Positions 1 to 11,801 are shown, counted from the stretch's first letter. The stretch: DNA of 64,000 bases from an uncultured cyanobacterium (GCA_963744145.1 CAVUSO010000001.1:1-64000); one strand, 5' to 3'. Notes: generated by a model from the sequence alone, not told the origin. A program made the numbers and translations.

Positions 1-840
1 CTCTCTAATATTGGTAAAGTTTACGATGATTTAGGGGAAAAACAGCAAGCCTTAACCTACTATAATCAAGCCTTGCCCCTAGGACGGGCGGTGGGCGATC
101 GCGGTGGTGAAGCTACTACTCTCAATAATATTGGTGCTGTTTACGATGATTTAGGGGAAAAACAGCAAGCCTTAACCTACTATAATCAAGCATTGCCTCT
201 ATTCCGGGCGGTGGGCGATCGCACTGGTGAAGCTACTACCCTCTCTAATATTGGTAAAGTTTACTCAGATTTAGGGGAAAAACAGCAAGCCTTAACCTAC
301 TATAATCAAGCCTTGCCCCTAAGACGAGCGGTGAGCGATCGCACTGGTGAAGCTACTACCCTCAATAATATTGGTTTTGTTTACGATAGTTTAGGGGAAA
401 AACAGCAAGCCTTAACCTACTATAATCAAGCCTTGCCCCTAAGACGAGCGGTGAGCGATCGCAATGGTGAAGCTGCTACCCTCAATAATATTGGTGGTGT
501 TTACGATAGTTTAAGGGAAAAACAGCAAGCCTTAACCTACTTCAATCAAGCCTTGCCCCTAGTTCGGGCGGTGGGCAATCGCACTGGTGAAGCTACTACC
601 CTCAATAATATTGGTAAAGTTTACGATGATTTAGGGAAAAAACAGCAAGCCTTAACCTACTATAATCAAGCCTTGCCCCTAGTTCGGGCGGTGGGCAATC
701 GCACTGGTGAAGCTAGAACCCTCAATAATATTGGTGCTGTTTACGATGATTTAGGGGAAAAACAGCAAGCCTTAACCTACTATAATCAAGCCTTGCCCCT
801 AACACAGGCGGTGGGCGATCGCGGTGGGGAAGCTAATACC
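1..840 (+). repeat. Coding tandem array of 120-bp TPR units (family A), 7 units visible
   Basis: Exact 120-bp period of ...gaaaaacagcaagccttaacctac...; the array runs off the window edge. Confidence 0.97.
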
Positions 841-2517
841 CTATATAATCTAGCTTGGCTAAAGCGTAGTCAGGGCAATCTGCAAGAAAGCCTCTCTGAT
901 ATTAAAAGTGCAGTGAATATTATTAAAGACCTCCGCACTAAAATCGCCAGTCAAAACCTCCGCACTTCCTACTTTGCTACAGTGCAACATTATTACAAGT
1001 TTTATATTGACTTACTAATGCAATTGCACAAACAGCACCCCTCTCAAGGATTTGATGCTCAAGCATTAAACGCTAGTGAAAGCTCTCGAGCCCGTGGATT
1101 AATTGAACTTCTCACTGAAGCTATAGCTAATATTCGTAAAGGAGTTGATCCGACTCTATTAAAACAGGAAAAGGAGATAAATTTTAGATTTGATGTTTTT
1201 GAAAAGAATCGCCTAAAAATTCTCAATGGTAATCCTACCCAAGAACAAAAAGATGAACTGCAACAACAGGAAAAAAAACTCCTTGAAGAATACAAGAATA
1301 ATCTTGACGAAATCCGTACTAATAGCCCTAGTTACGCCAGTTTAAAATATCCTCAGCCTCTCACTCTAGCAGAAATTCAACAAAACGTTCTTGATGACAA
1401 TACTTTGTTGCTGCAATATTCTTTGGGAAGCGATCGCAGTTACATCTGGGCAGTAACCAAAACCGAGATTACCAGTTATGAACTCTCCAAAGGAGGAAAA
1501 GAAATAGAGAAATTAGCCAAGGATTTTATAAACGAAATAAGTGGTTCCAGTGGCCCCTATAACGCTAATCTTCTATCTAACATTGAAACTGCTAACCAAC
1601 TCAGTGAAGTAATCCTCAAACCAGTAGCAGCAAAATTAGGTAATAAACGTCTACTCATTGTTGGAGATGGAGTCTTACAAACTATCCCCTTTAGCGTCTT
1701 AGCGATACCAGGAAAAACCAAATATACACCCTTATTAGTAGACCATGAAATAGTCATGTCCCCATCCGCATCCACCATCTCCATTATCAGAAGCGATCGC
1801 ACTACCCACCAAATAGCACCAAAACTGATAGCTCTGTTTGCTGATCCTGTATTTGATCCTAAAGATCAACGTTTTGGAAAGACTCCACCTATCCAGACAG
1901 CAGACGCAAATAATCAAAATATACGAGCAACTATAGAAGGAAAATTGAAACGATTAAATCATACCAGAGAAGAAGCTAACGGAATTATGGCAACGTTGCC
2001 TAGTCAAGACCAGGGGCAAGAATTCTTAGACTTTAGTGCTAATCTTGAAGCGGTAACTAATCCAAATCTGAAGCAATACCAAATTATTCATTTAGCTACC
2101 CACGCAATTCTTGATAATGAACATCCAGAATTATCAAAAATTGCTTTATCTAGGTATGATCAGCAAGGAAATCAGCAAAACGATTTATTATTAAAGGATA
2201 TATTTAACCTTGACTTAAATGCCGAATTAGTGGTATTAAGTGCCTGTGAGACTGGATTAGGACAAGACATCAAAGGAGAAGGTTTAATCGGATTAACTAG
2301 GGGATTTATGTATGCGGGATCTCCAAGGGTTTTAGTATCACTATGGAGTGTAGATGATCAAGCTACGGCGGAACTAATGAAGAAATTTTACCAAAAGATG
2401 CTGCAAGAAAAACTAACCCCAGCAGCAGCTTTGAGAGCCGCACAAATTGATATGTGGAAAGAGCAATATACCCCCTATTATTGGGCGGCTTTTACTATGC
2501 AAGGTGAATGGCGCTAA
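1..2517 (+). CDS. TPR-repeat CHAT-domain protease (paralog 1), 5'-partial
   Basis: Frame is open from base 1 ([14 protein letters not shown]...). Seven 40-aa TPR units, then CHAT with HLATHA and VVLSAC motifs and the C-terminal [14 protein letters not shown]. Confidence 0.93.
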   Translation, partial: LSNIGKVYDDLGEKQQALTYYNQALPLGRAVGDRGGEATTLNNIGAVYDDLGEKQQALTYYNQALPLFRAVGDRTGEATTLSNIGKVYSDLGEKQQALTYYNQALPLRRAVSDRTGEATTLNNIGFVYDSLGEKQQALTYYNQALPLRRAVSDRNGEAATLNNIGGVYDSLREKQQALTYFNQALPLVRAVGNRTGEATTLNNIGKVYDDLGKKQQALTYYNQALPLVRAVGNRTGEARTLNNIGAVYDDLGEKQQALTYYNQALPLTQAVGDRGGEANTLYNLAWLKRSQGNLQESLSDIKSAVNIIKDLRTKIASQNLRTSYFATVQHYYKFYIDLLMQLHKQHPSQGFDAQALNASESSRARGLIELLTEAIANIRKGVDPTLLKQEKEINFRFDVFEKNRLKILNGNPTQEQKDELQQQEKKLLEEYKNNLDEIRTNSPSYASLKYPQPLTLAEIQQNVLDDNTLLLQYSLGSDRSYIWAVTKTEITSYELSKGGKEIEKLAKDFINEISGSSGPYNANLLSNIETANQLSEVILKPVAAKLGNKRLLIVGDGVLQTIPFSVLAIPGKTKYTPLLVDHEIVMSPSASTISIIRSDRTTHQIAPKLIALFADPVFDPKDQRFGKTPPIQTADANNQNIRATIEGKLKRLNHTREEANGIMATLPSQDQGQEFLDFSANLEAVTNPNLKQYQIIHLATHAILDNEHPELSKIALSRYDQQGNQQNDLLLKDIFNLDLNAELVVLSACETGLGQDIKGEGLIGLTRGFMYAGSPRVLVSLWSVDDQATAELMKKFYQKMLQEKLTPAAALRAAQIDMWKEQYTPYYWAAFTMQGEWR

Positions 2518-2734
2518 ATAATTGATTTTTGAGAAAACCTTAATTCATCTCAATTTAGTTGTTTGATCGCGATCGCACTTGGAGATTTTTGGCTCAAGCG
2601 ATTGTCATCAATTATTTTGATGATAGCGATCGCGGTGAGAGAGTATAATAAAAGAACAAAGATGGGCATCTAGATAATTGTCAGAAATGACTAAAAGTAG
2701 GTATAATGGATCTAAAATTATTCAGATTTAGCTT

Positions 2735-2968
2735 ATGACGGTAGCTCAATTGAGTGGAAACTATGAAATCGAGATTCCGATAGCGGTGCGAGAACTATTG
2801 AATCTGAAACCGGGTGATTCTCTGCAAGTAAAAGTAGTAGATGGCAATGTGGTGATGGTGCCAATTCCCAGCCACACTTCCCACTTATTTGGAAAACATA
2901 AGCACCTCTGGCAGGGAGTGGATGCTGTTGCCTATATTCGTCGGGAACGTGAGTCATGGCGCGATTAG
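2735..2968 (+). CDS. AbrB/MazE-family antitoxin (orphaned copy)
   Basis: EIEIPIAVRELLNLKPGDSLQV swapped-hairpin motif; near-identical to 6098..6331. Confidence 0.85.
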   Translation: MTVAQLSGNYEIEIPIAVRELLNLKPGDSLQVKVVDGNVVMVPIPSHTSHLFGKHKHLWQGVDAVAYIRRERESWRD

Positions 2969-3017
2969 AAGACCTGGAGGGTTAGATATTTGGATGCTTA
3001 GAGATATTAACGGTTGA
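2956..3017 (+). pseudogene. PIN/VapC toxin remnant with an internal deletion of about 385 bp
   Basis: The first ~25 bp and last ~37 bp match the two ends of 6319..6765 and are joined directly. Confidence 0.85.
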
Positions 3018-3074
3018 TTTTCCTAGCTCTTTTACGATTATTTCGATCGCGCGATCGCCTCGCTCAAAATCAGT

Positions 3075-3410
3075 TTAAGTGATCGCATATCCAGTATGTT
3101 GCCGAACGTAGGGGGGATGAAAAGCCAGCACAATGGAGTCTTTGGGAATGCCACCAGCGACTAATTTATCGGTGATTCCTTCTTCAATTCCATCATGATG
3201 AATCCAGAGCTGGCGATCGCGAATTTCCACATGAACGAGACAGTCGTGAATCCGCTTTTTACCGTCCCAGCCTTCATTCATGATTAAAAAATTATTCCTA
3301 TCTTGACTGACAATAGCTATTTTATTAATTGCACTGTGACTATAGGTTATATCAGCATAGTATAATATAGTTTTATAGATTAAATCGCGGTATTCATCTA
3401 TTCTATCCAT
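3075..3410 (-). CDS. xisI: XisI family protein
   Basis: Motifs GWDGKKRIHDCLVHVEI, WIHHDGIEEGI and GIPKDSIVLAFHPP are typical of XisI. Confidence 0.9.
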   Translation of the reverse strand: MDRIDEYRDLIYKTILYYADITYSHSAINKIAIVSQDRNNFLIMNEGWDGKKRIHDCLVHVEIRDRQLWIHHDGIEEGITDKLVAGGIPKDSIVLAFHPPYVRQHTGYAIT

Positions 3411-3519
3411 TGTGTAATTATCTCCTTATTCGGATCGAAAACAATAATTTTTAGCGGTTGACTATCTAAAACTGCTTGGACTATTTCTTCAGAAAAAAAA
3501 CTGAGATATATTTCTTCAA
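3398..3519 (-). pseudogene. XisH C-terminal remnant
   Basis: Minus strand reads EEIYLSFFSEEIVQAVLDSQPLKIIVFDPNKEIITQWIE*, overlapping the xisI start as in xisHI; the 5' part is absent. Confidence 0.75.
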
Positions 3520-3778
3520 TCTACTACTTGCCTAGATAACTTTGTTCAAAAATACCTGGTTGCGCCATCAATTCTTTAAAATTGCCCTACTAAACTATCT
3601 TTTCTCTAACATAACATAAATAAGATTGGCAGGATAAATCGTTTTTTATTATAATCAGGACTTACTCATATTTTTGAATATATGAAGATTTATGACATTA
3701 CCGGGTGAAATTTCCTACATATTGGGTTATTTTCCGAATATAGCATTGGAGCTTTTTAGAGATAATATTGGGGTGATT

Positions 3779-5881
3779 ATGACCAGAATATTTTTACCAG
3801 GAATATTAGCTGTTGCAACAGTTTTCTGTGGTAATAGGTTTGGCTTGGAAAGGGCGATCGCTGCTGAAACTGTTCCTAGAATTGCCCAACAAAAGCCGGG
3901 AAATGATTCTACTGATCAGACTAAGGCTGATCGTCTTTTGCAGGAAGCAGAAGATTTATATAAAAAACAAACTGTTGAATCTTATCAAGAGGCAATTAGG
4001 AAACTTGCAGAAGCGTTAAAAATTTACCATAATTTAGGCGATCAGAAACATGAGTCTTATATTCTTCTTGGAATTGGTAACATTTACGATAGGTTAGGGG
4101 AAAAACAGCAAGCCTTAACCTACTATAATCAAGCCTTGCCCCTTAGACGGGCGGTGGGCGATCGCCGTGGTGAAGCTAATACACTATTTAATTTGGCTTG
4201 GTTAAAACATAGTCAGGGTAATCTGCAAGAAAGCCTCTCTTCCATTGAAGATGCTATCAAAATCGTGGAAAATCTTCGCACTAAAGTTGTTAGTCAAGAC
4301 CTCCGTGCTTCTTACTTTGCTACCGTGCAAGGTTATTATGAATTTTATATCAACTTACTGATGGAACTGCATCAACAACACCCCACCCAAGGATATGATG
4401 TTAAAGCCTTTGAAACTAGCGATCGCTCGCGGGCGCGTTCCTTAATCGAACTGTTGACAGAAGCTAGAGCTAAAATTACTACTGGTGTAGACCCTCAACT
4501 GTTAGCCCAAGAACAGGATATTAAAAGCCGAATTGATGCCTTTGAAAAGAATAGCCAAAAAATCCTTAATGGTAATTATACCCCAGAACAAAAAGCTAAA
4601 CTCCAACAACAAGAAATTAATCTCTCACAACAATACAATACTATTCGCGACCAAATTCGCATCAGTAGCCCAGCTTATGCTCATTTAAAATATCCTGACC
4701 CCATTACTCTTGCTGATGTTCAACAAAAAATACTGGATGATCATACGGTTTTACTTCAATATTCCCTAGGTAGCGATCGCAGTTACTTATGGTTAGTCAC
4801 CAAAACCGAAATCAGTAGTTATGAATTACCTAAAAAGAGTGACATTGAAAAAGTAGCGCAAGAGTTTATAGATACATTAACCGCAGGTACTACGAGATCC
4901 TTTACTAAATTAGTAATGAAAAGTAGTAGTGATTTAAGTAATGTTATTCTCAAACCAGTTGCCGAAAAATTAGGTAATAAACGCTTATTGATTATTCCTG
5001 ATGGTGGATTACAATATACTCCATTTAGCGCCTTAACTATCCCAGATAAACCTACCATTCCTTTAATTGCCGACCATGAAATAGTCTTATCACCATCAAT
5101 ATCAACTCTAACTGCAATTAGACAAAATACTAATCAAAATATTGCCCCCAAACAATTAGTAGTTTTTGCTGATCCAGTATTTAATATTGATGATGAACGG
5201 TTTGGGAAAAATGTAGCGATTAAACCTAAAAATCCAGGCGATCGCGGATTACCAATTGAAGCCCAACAATTAGAAAGGTCAGCAGCAGCAGCAGGGATTA
5301 AATTGAACAGATTACCATATACCAGAGCAGAAGCGGATAAAATTATTACCCTTGTCAATGAAAATCAACGTCAAGAATTACTAGATTTTAATGCCAATTA
5401 TGATGCGGTTAATAGTTCCAAATTAAATCAATATAAAATAATTCACTTTGCTACTCATGGATTTATTGATACTGAACACCCAGAATTATCCGGTGTAATC
5501 CTGTCTTTAGTAGATAAACAAGGCAATTATCAAAATGGTTATTTGAGATTAAACGATATCTTTAACCTCAGTCTAAATGCAAAATTAGTAGTATTAAGTG
5601 CTTGTGAAACAGGATTGGGAAAAGAAATAAAAGGGGAGGGATTAGTAGGATTAACTAGAGGATTTATGTATGCAGGTACTCCGAGAGTATTAGTTTCATT
5701 ATGGAGTATTAATGACGAATCAACCTCTGAGTGAATGGGGAAATTCTATCAGAAGATGCTCAAGGAAAACTTAACACCTGTCTCTGCATTAAGAGCAACG
5801 CAATTAGAAATGTGGCAACAAGGAAAATGGCAAGCTCCTTACTACTGGGCTGCTTTTACCATGCAAGGTGAATGGCGCTAA
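3779..5881 (+). pseudogene. Signal-peptide TPR-CHAT protease (paralog 2) with an in-frame TGA at 5732-5734
   Basis: Likely start MTRIFLPGILAVA; a single array-type TPR unit; HFATHG and LSAC motifs. After the TGA the same frame continues MGKFYQKML...[12 protein letters not shown] to 5881. Confidence 0.85.
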
Positions 5882-6097
5882 CTTATTGATTTTTGAGAAA
5901 ACCTTAATTCATCTCAATTTAGGTTTCTGATCGCGATCGCATCCGGGATTTTTAGCTCAAGCGATTGTCATCAATTATTTTGATGATAGCGATCGCGGTG
6001 AGAGAGTACAATAGAAGAACAAAGATGGGCATCTAAATAATTGGCAGAAATGACTAAAAGTAGGTATAATGGATCTAAAATTATTCAGATTTAACTT

Positions 6098-6331
6098 ATG
6101 ACGGTAGCTCAATTGAGTGGAAACTATGAAATCGAGATTCCGGTAGCGGTGCGAGAAATATTGAATCTGAAACCGGGTGATTCTCTGCAAGTAAAAGTAG
6201 TGGATGGCAATGTGGTGATGGTGCCAATTCCCAGCCACACTTCCCACTTGTTTGGAAAGCATAAGCACCTCTGGCAGGGAGTGGATGCTGTTGCCTATAT
6301 TCGTCGGGAACGTGAGTCATGGCGCGATTAG
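6098..6331 (+). CDS. AbrB/MazE-family antitoxin
   Basis: AbrB-like sequence overlapping the downstream PIN gene. Confidence 0.87.
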   Translation: MTVAQLSGNYEIEIPVAVREILNLKPGDSLQVKVVDGNVVMVPIPSHTSHLFGKHKHLWQGVDAVAYIRRERESWRD

Positions 6332-6765
6332 AAAATCTGGAAGGTGTTAATGTTGCCTTGGACAGTGTGATTTTTATTTATGCTCTAGAAGGAAATCTAG
6401 AATTTGGTCAACTAGCACGACAAATTTTTGAGATGATAGAACAGGGAAAATGTCGAGGGTTTGCCTGTGACTTGGTAATAGCTGAATTAATGGTTAAACC
6501 ATTGCGTCAAGGATATCCCGAAATTGCCGAAGAATATGCTAGAGATTTGCCATCTTTTCCTAATCTGAAGTTTTGCTCCATCACTCAAAAGATTATTATT
6601 GGCGCGGCTCGTCTGCGTGGTAATAGTAATCTGGGTTTAATTGATGCTTTGCATTTGGCAACTGCTGTAGAATTTGGATGTACGGTTTTTCTGACTAATG
6701 ATGCAGCTCTTCGTCACCCCGATGTAGGGTTAGATATTTGGATGCTTGGTGATATTAACGGTTGA
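6319..6765 (+). CDS. PIN-domain (VapC-like) toxin
   Basis: VALDSVIFIY, DALHLATA and FLTND acidic PIN motifs. Confidence 0.9.
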   Translation: MARLENLEGVNVALDSVIFIYALEGNLEFGQLARQIFEMIEQGKCRGFACDLVIAELMVKPLRQGYPEIAEEYARDLPSFPNLKFCSITQKIIIGAARLRGNSNLGLIDALHLATAVEFGCTVFLTNDAALRHPDVGLDIWMLGDING

Positions 6766-6799
6766 TTTTCCTAGCTCTTTTACGATTATTCCGATCGCG

Positions 6800-7164
6800 C
6801 GATCACTCCTAATAAAGATGAGGTTAATGATTGGATCGGAGGGAGCCGAAGTTAGCCCAGAGATGACAGAAGACAGCTTTTTGAATATATGAGGATTTAT
6901 GACATTACCGGATGAAATTCCCTACAGGTTAGATTAACTAGAGGGTTTATGTATGCAGGTTCACAAGCGAGTTTTAGTATCATTATGGAGTATGAACGAT
7001 CAATCTACTGCTCAACTAATGGTGAAATTTTATCAAAAGATGCTCAAAGATAAATTAACCCCAGCCGCTGCCTTGAGAGCTGCACAACTGGAAATGTGGC
7101 AACTCCGAAAAAGGGGACTCCCTTTTATTGGGCGGCTTTTACCATGCAAGGTGAATGGCGATAA
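6800..7164 (+). pseudogene. TPR-CHAT deletion remnant (upstream region fused to the CHAT 3' end)
   Basis: 6800-6931 matches the upstream region at 8465-8598, then jumps to gattaactagagggtttatgtatgca...atgcaaggtgaatggcgataa. Confidence 0.85.
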
Positions 7165-7348
7165 GGTATTGATTTTTTAGGAAATCCAAATTTCTGGAGC
7201 TGGCGATCGCCCTCAACTTATCTCAATTTAGGGTTCTATTCGCGATCGCACTCCGGGATTTTTAGCTCAAGCGATGAGCGTCAATTATTTTGATGATGGC
7301 GATCGCGGTGAGAGATTTTTATTGAAAGCGATCGCCATAAATATTGAC

Positions 7349-8378
7349 TCAAACTGAATCTGAATTTGTGGACTGATAGAGAGTCCGCCATTCATCTAAA
7401 GTATTAGCAGTTTCTAATCCTAACAAAATCGTTTCCAATCGACCAGGATCGGTAATGACCCGAAATTTCCGGGAGAAGGGCTAAACCTGGATCACCAAAT
7501 TTGAGCTTTAAACCTAGTTCAATCCCTTTTAATAACCCGACTTGACGACCTTCTTGAATCCCGACTTGACGACCTTCTTGAATCCCGACTTGACGACCCT
7601 CTTGAATCCCGACCTGACGACCTTCTTCACGACCGATTCTTTGTACACTGGTGATATATGGCATACTTCTTTCCTCCTCTAATTGTTGTACTTCTTGCCA
7701 AAACTCCTGTTCTAACTCTCTTGGTAGGCTCATCACCCAATCGATAAATTGAAATAAATTAATTACATCTATTCTTGAGTAGTTCTGCTCATACAGCCGC
7801 CTGATTAACATCAATTTCCATTTTTTCCGTTCTTGGCGATCGTCCTTGGTTTCTTGGGCTTTGAGATGAGCTATGACTACTATAGCAAAAGGATTGCGGC
7901 TGGTCTCTAACTCTGACCATTGACTCAGGTAGTCTAGCAACTTGACTACTTTAAAGTTAAACTGAACTTTGGTTTCCCATAATTGATAGCCAAATTCCTG
8001 GGGTTGCCAATTTTTGCGTTCGTCTCCTAAGATGGCTAAACTGACTACTGGTCGGCGATACTTGTCATAGATGCGGTAATTATAAACAAACATTCGTTCG
8101 CTAAATTCCGATTCTTCTTGGTTTTGGACTTCGATGTGAATTAATACCCAAGTTTCTGTACCATTTTTGCGCCAAACCTTGACTAACTTATCTACTAACC
8201 TTCTCCCCAGTTCTGCATCCCGTACCACTTTTTGCAGTTCCTTGTCCAAAAATTCTGGGGGACGTTCCCAGTCGATTTCTGCATAAGCTGCTGGCAGAAA
8301 GAACCGGATAAAATCGGCAAAATAAAGTTCTAATATGTCTTTCCAGGGACTATCGAATTCTGTCTGAGGCTGGTTCAT
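7349..8378 (-). CDS. Rpn/YhgA-like PD-(D/E)xK nuclease (putative transposase); 1-bp frameshift near 7460
   Basis: DSPWK...DKLVKV...IHIEVQ...ERMFVYNYRIYD. Removing one G at 7459-7461 restores a family-like tail ITDPGRLETILLGLETANTLDEWRTLYQ. Confidence 0.85.
7537..7626 (-). repeat. 24-bp coding tandem repeat (EGRQVGIQ, about 4 copies) in the Rpn C-terminus
   Basis: Repeated cccgacttgacgaccttcttgaat. Confidence 0.9.
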
Positions 8379-8651
8379 CTGTGATCATAAATACTTCGAT
8401 CGCATTTTAGCAAATTTGGAGAAATTATAGTAAAATTTTGATCATGCTAGGTTATTCTGATCGCGCGATCGCTCCTAATAAAGATGAGGTTAATGATTGG
8501 GTCGGAGCAAGTCGAAGTTAGCCCAGAGATGACAGAAAGCAGCTTTTTGAATATATGAAGATTTATGACATTACCGGATGAAATTCCCTACAGGTTAGGT
8601 TATTTTCTCAGTATAGCAATGGAGCTTTTTAGAGATAATATTGGGGTGATT

Positions 8652-11583
8652 ATGACCAGGATATTTTTACCAGGAATATTAGCGGTTGCAACAGTTTTGT
8701 GTGGTAATCGATTTGGGTTGAGTGAGGCGATCGCCACGGAAACTATTCCTAGAATTGCCCAACAACAGTCGGGAAATGATTCTACTGATAAAGCTAAAGC
8801 AGATCGTCTTTTGAAGGAAGTAGAAGATTTATATAAAAAACAAACTGTTGAATCTTATAAAGAGGCAATTAACAAATGTGAAGAAGCATTAAAAATTTAC
8901 CATAGTTTAGGTGATCGGAAAGATGAATCTTATGTTCTTCGTGGAATTGGTAATATTTACAACTTATTAGGGGAAAAACAGCAAGCCTTAACCTACTATA
9001 ATCAATCCTTGCCCCTAACACAGGCGGTGGGCGATCGCGGTGGGGAAGCTAATACCCTCAATAATATTGGTTTAGTTTACGATGATTTAGGGAAAAAACA
9101 GCAAGCCTTAACCTACTATAATCAAGCCTTGCCCCTATTCCGGGCGGTGAGCGATCGCACTGGTGAAGCTACTACTCTCAATAATATTGGTGTTGTTTAC
9201 TCAGATTTAGGGGAAAAACAGCAAGCCTTAACCTACTATAATCAAGCCTTGTCCCTATTCCGGGCGGTGGGCGATCGCACTGGTGAAGCTACTACCCTCT
9301 CTAATATTGGTAAAGTTTACTCAGATTTAGGGGAAAAACAGCAAGCCTTAACCTACTATAATCAAGCCTTGCCCCTTAGACGGGCGGTGGGCGATCGCAC
9401 TGGTGAAGCTACTACCCTCTCTAATATTGGTAAAGTTTACTCAGATTTAGGGGAAAAACAGCAAGCCTTAACCTACTATAATCAAGCCTTGCCCCTAGGA
9501 CGGGCGGTGGGCGATCGCGGTGGTGAAGCTACTACTCTCAATAATATTGGTGCTGTTTACGATGATTTAGGGGAAAAACAGCAAAGCCTTAACCTACTAT
9601 AATCAAGCCTTGCCCCTAACACAGGCGGTGGGCGATCGCGCTGGTGAAGCTAGAACCCTCAATAATATTGGTAAAGTTTACTCAGATTTAGGGGAAAAAC
9701 AGCAAGCCTTAACCTACTATAATCAAGCCTTGCCCCTAGGACGGGCGGTGGGCGATCGCACTGGTGAAGCTACTACCCTCAATAATATTGGTTTTGTTTA
9801 CGATAGTTTAGGGGAAAAACAGCAAGCCTTAACCTACTATAATCAAGCCTTGCCCCTAACACAGGCGGTGGGCGATCGCGGTGGGGAAGCTAATACCCTA
9901 TATAATCTAGCTTGGCTAAAGCGTAGTCAGGGCAATCTGCAAGAAAGCCTCTCTGATATTAAAAGTGCAGTGAATATTATTAAAGACCTCCGCACTAAAA
10001 TCGCCAGTCAAAACCTCCGCACTTCCTACTTTGCTACAGTGCAAGATTATTACAAGTTTTATATTGACTTACTAATGCAATTGCACAAACAGCACCCCTC
10101 TCAAGGATTTGATGCTCAAGCATTAAACGCTAGTGAAAGCTCTCGAGCCCGTGGATTAATTGAACTTCTCACTGAAGCTATAGCTAATATTCGTAAAGGA
10201 GTTGATCCGACTCTATTAAAACAGGAAAAGGAGATAAATTTTAGATTTGATGCTTTTGAAAAAAATCGCCTAAAAATTCTGAGTGGTAATCCTACCCAAG
10301 AACAAAAAGATAAACTGCAACAACAGGAAGAAAAACTCCTTGAAGAATACAAGAATAATCTTGACGAAATCCGTACTAATAGCCCTCGTTACGCCAGTTT
10401 AAAATATCCTCAGCCTCTCACTCTAGCAGAAATTCAACAAAACGTTCTTGATGACAATACTTTGTTACTGCAATATTCTTTGGGAAGCGATCGCAGTTAC
10501 ATCTGGGCAGTAACCAAAACCGAGATTACCAGTTATGAACTCTCCAAAGGAGGAAAAGAAATAGAGAAATTAGCCAAGGATTTTATAAACGAAATAAGTG
10601 GTTCCAGTGGCCCATATAACACTAATCTTCTATCTAAAATTGAAACTGCTAACCAACTCAGTGAAGTAATCCTCAAACCAGTAGCAGCAAAATTAGGTAA
10701 TAAACGTCTCCTCATTGTTGGAGATGGAGTCTTACAAAATATCCCCTTTAGCTTCTTAGCGATACCAGGAAAAACCAAATATATACCCTTATTGGTGGAC
10801 CATGAAATAGTCATGTCCCCATCCGCATCAACTATTTCCTTGATCAGAAGCGATCGCACTACCCACCAAATAGCACCAAAACTATAGCTATATTTGCTGA
10901 TCCTGTATTTGATACAATAATGATCAACGTTTTGGAAATACTCCACCTATCCAGACAGCACCAAATAATCAAAATCTTACACCGTTAGCAAGACTATAGA
11001 AGGAAAATTGAAACGATTAAATCATACCAGAAAGAAGCTGACGGAATTATGGCAACGTTGTTTAGTCAAGACCAGGGGCAAGAATTCTTAGACTTTAGTG
11101 CTAATCTTGAAGCGGTAACTAATTCCAAATTTGAAGCAATACCAAATTATTCATTTAGCTACCCACGCAATTCTTGATAATGAACATCCAGAATTATCAA
11201 AAATTGCTTTATCTAGGTATGATCAGCAAGGAAATCAGCAAAACGATTTATTATTAAAGGATATATTTAACCTTGAATTAAATGCCGAGTTAGTGGTATT
11301 AAGTGCCTGTGAGACTGGATTAGGACAAGACATCAAAGGAGAAGGATTAATCGGATTAACTAGGGGATTTATGTATGCGGGATCTCCAAGGGTTTTAGTA
11401 TCACTATGGAGTGTAGATGATCAAGCTACAGCGGAACTAATGAAGAAATTTTACCAAAAGATGCTGCACGAAAAACTAACCCCAGCCGCAGCTTTGAGAG
11501 CCGCACAAATTGAAATGTGGAAAGAAGAACAATATACTCCCTATTATTGGGCGGCTTTTACTATGCAAGGTGAATGGCGATAA
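8652..11583 (+). pseudogene. Signal-peptide TPR-CHAT protease (paralog 3), frameshifted
   Basis: ORFs 8565..9602, 9610..10887 and 11131..11583 join into one gene near-identical to paralog 1. Indels at about 9584, 10885, 10914, 11032 and 11123 may be consensus errors. Confidence 0.85.
8945..9900 (+). repeat. Coding tandem array of 120-bp TPR units (family A), 8 units
   Basis: 120-bp period with the same consensus as 1..840. Confidence 0.95.
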
Positions 11584-11770
11584 GGTGATGTTTTTAAGTT
11601 TTTCTCAGGTTGCGATCCAATCGAGGAGACTAATTAATTGGAAAATGCGATCAACTTTAATTTCTTTCCTGGCGATCGCCTTATTTAACTTGGAAACGCG
11701 ATCGCCAGGGACTAGGATACTAATTCGTGCCAAGATAGGATAAGGAGCTGTTACGCAGTTAATTTGGGTA

Positions 11771-11801
11771 TTTGTAGCGACCAAGATGGTCGCACTACAA
11801 A
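11771..11801. repeat. Short palindromic REP-like element
   Basis: tttgtagcgaccaagatggtcgcactacaaa hairpin; related copies near 12257 and 23119. Confidence 0.55.
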
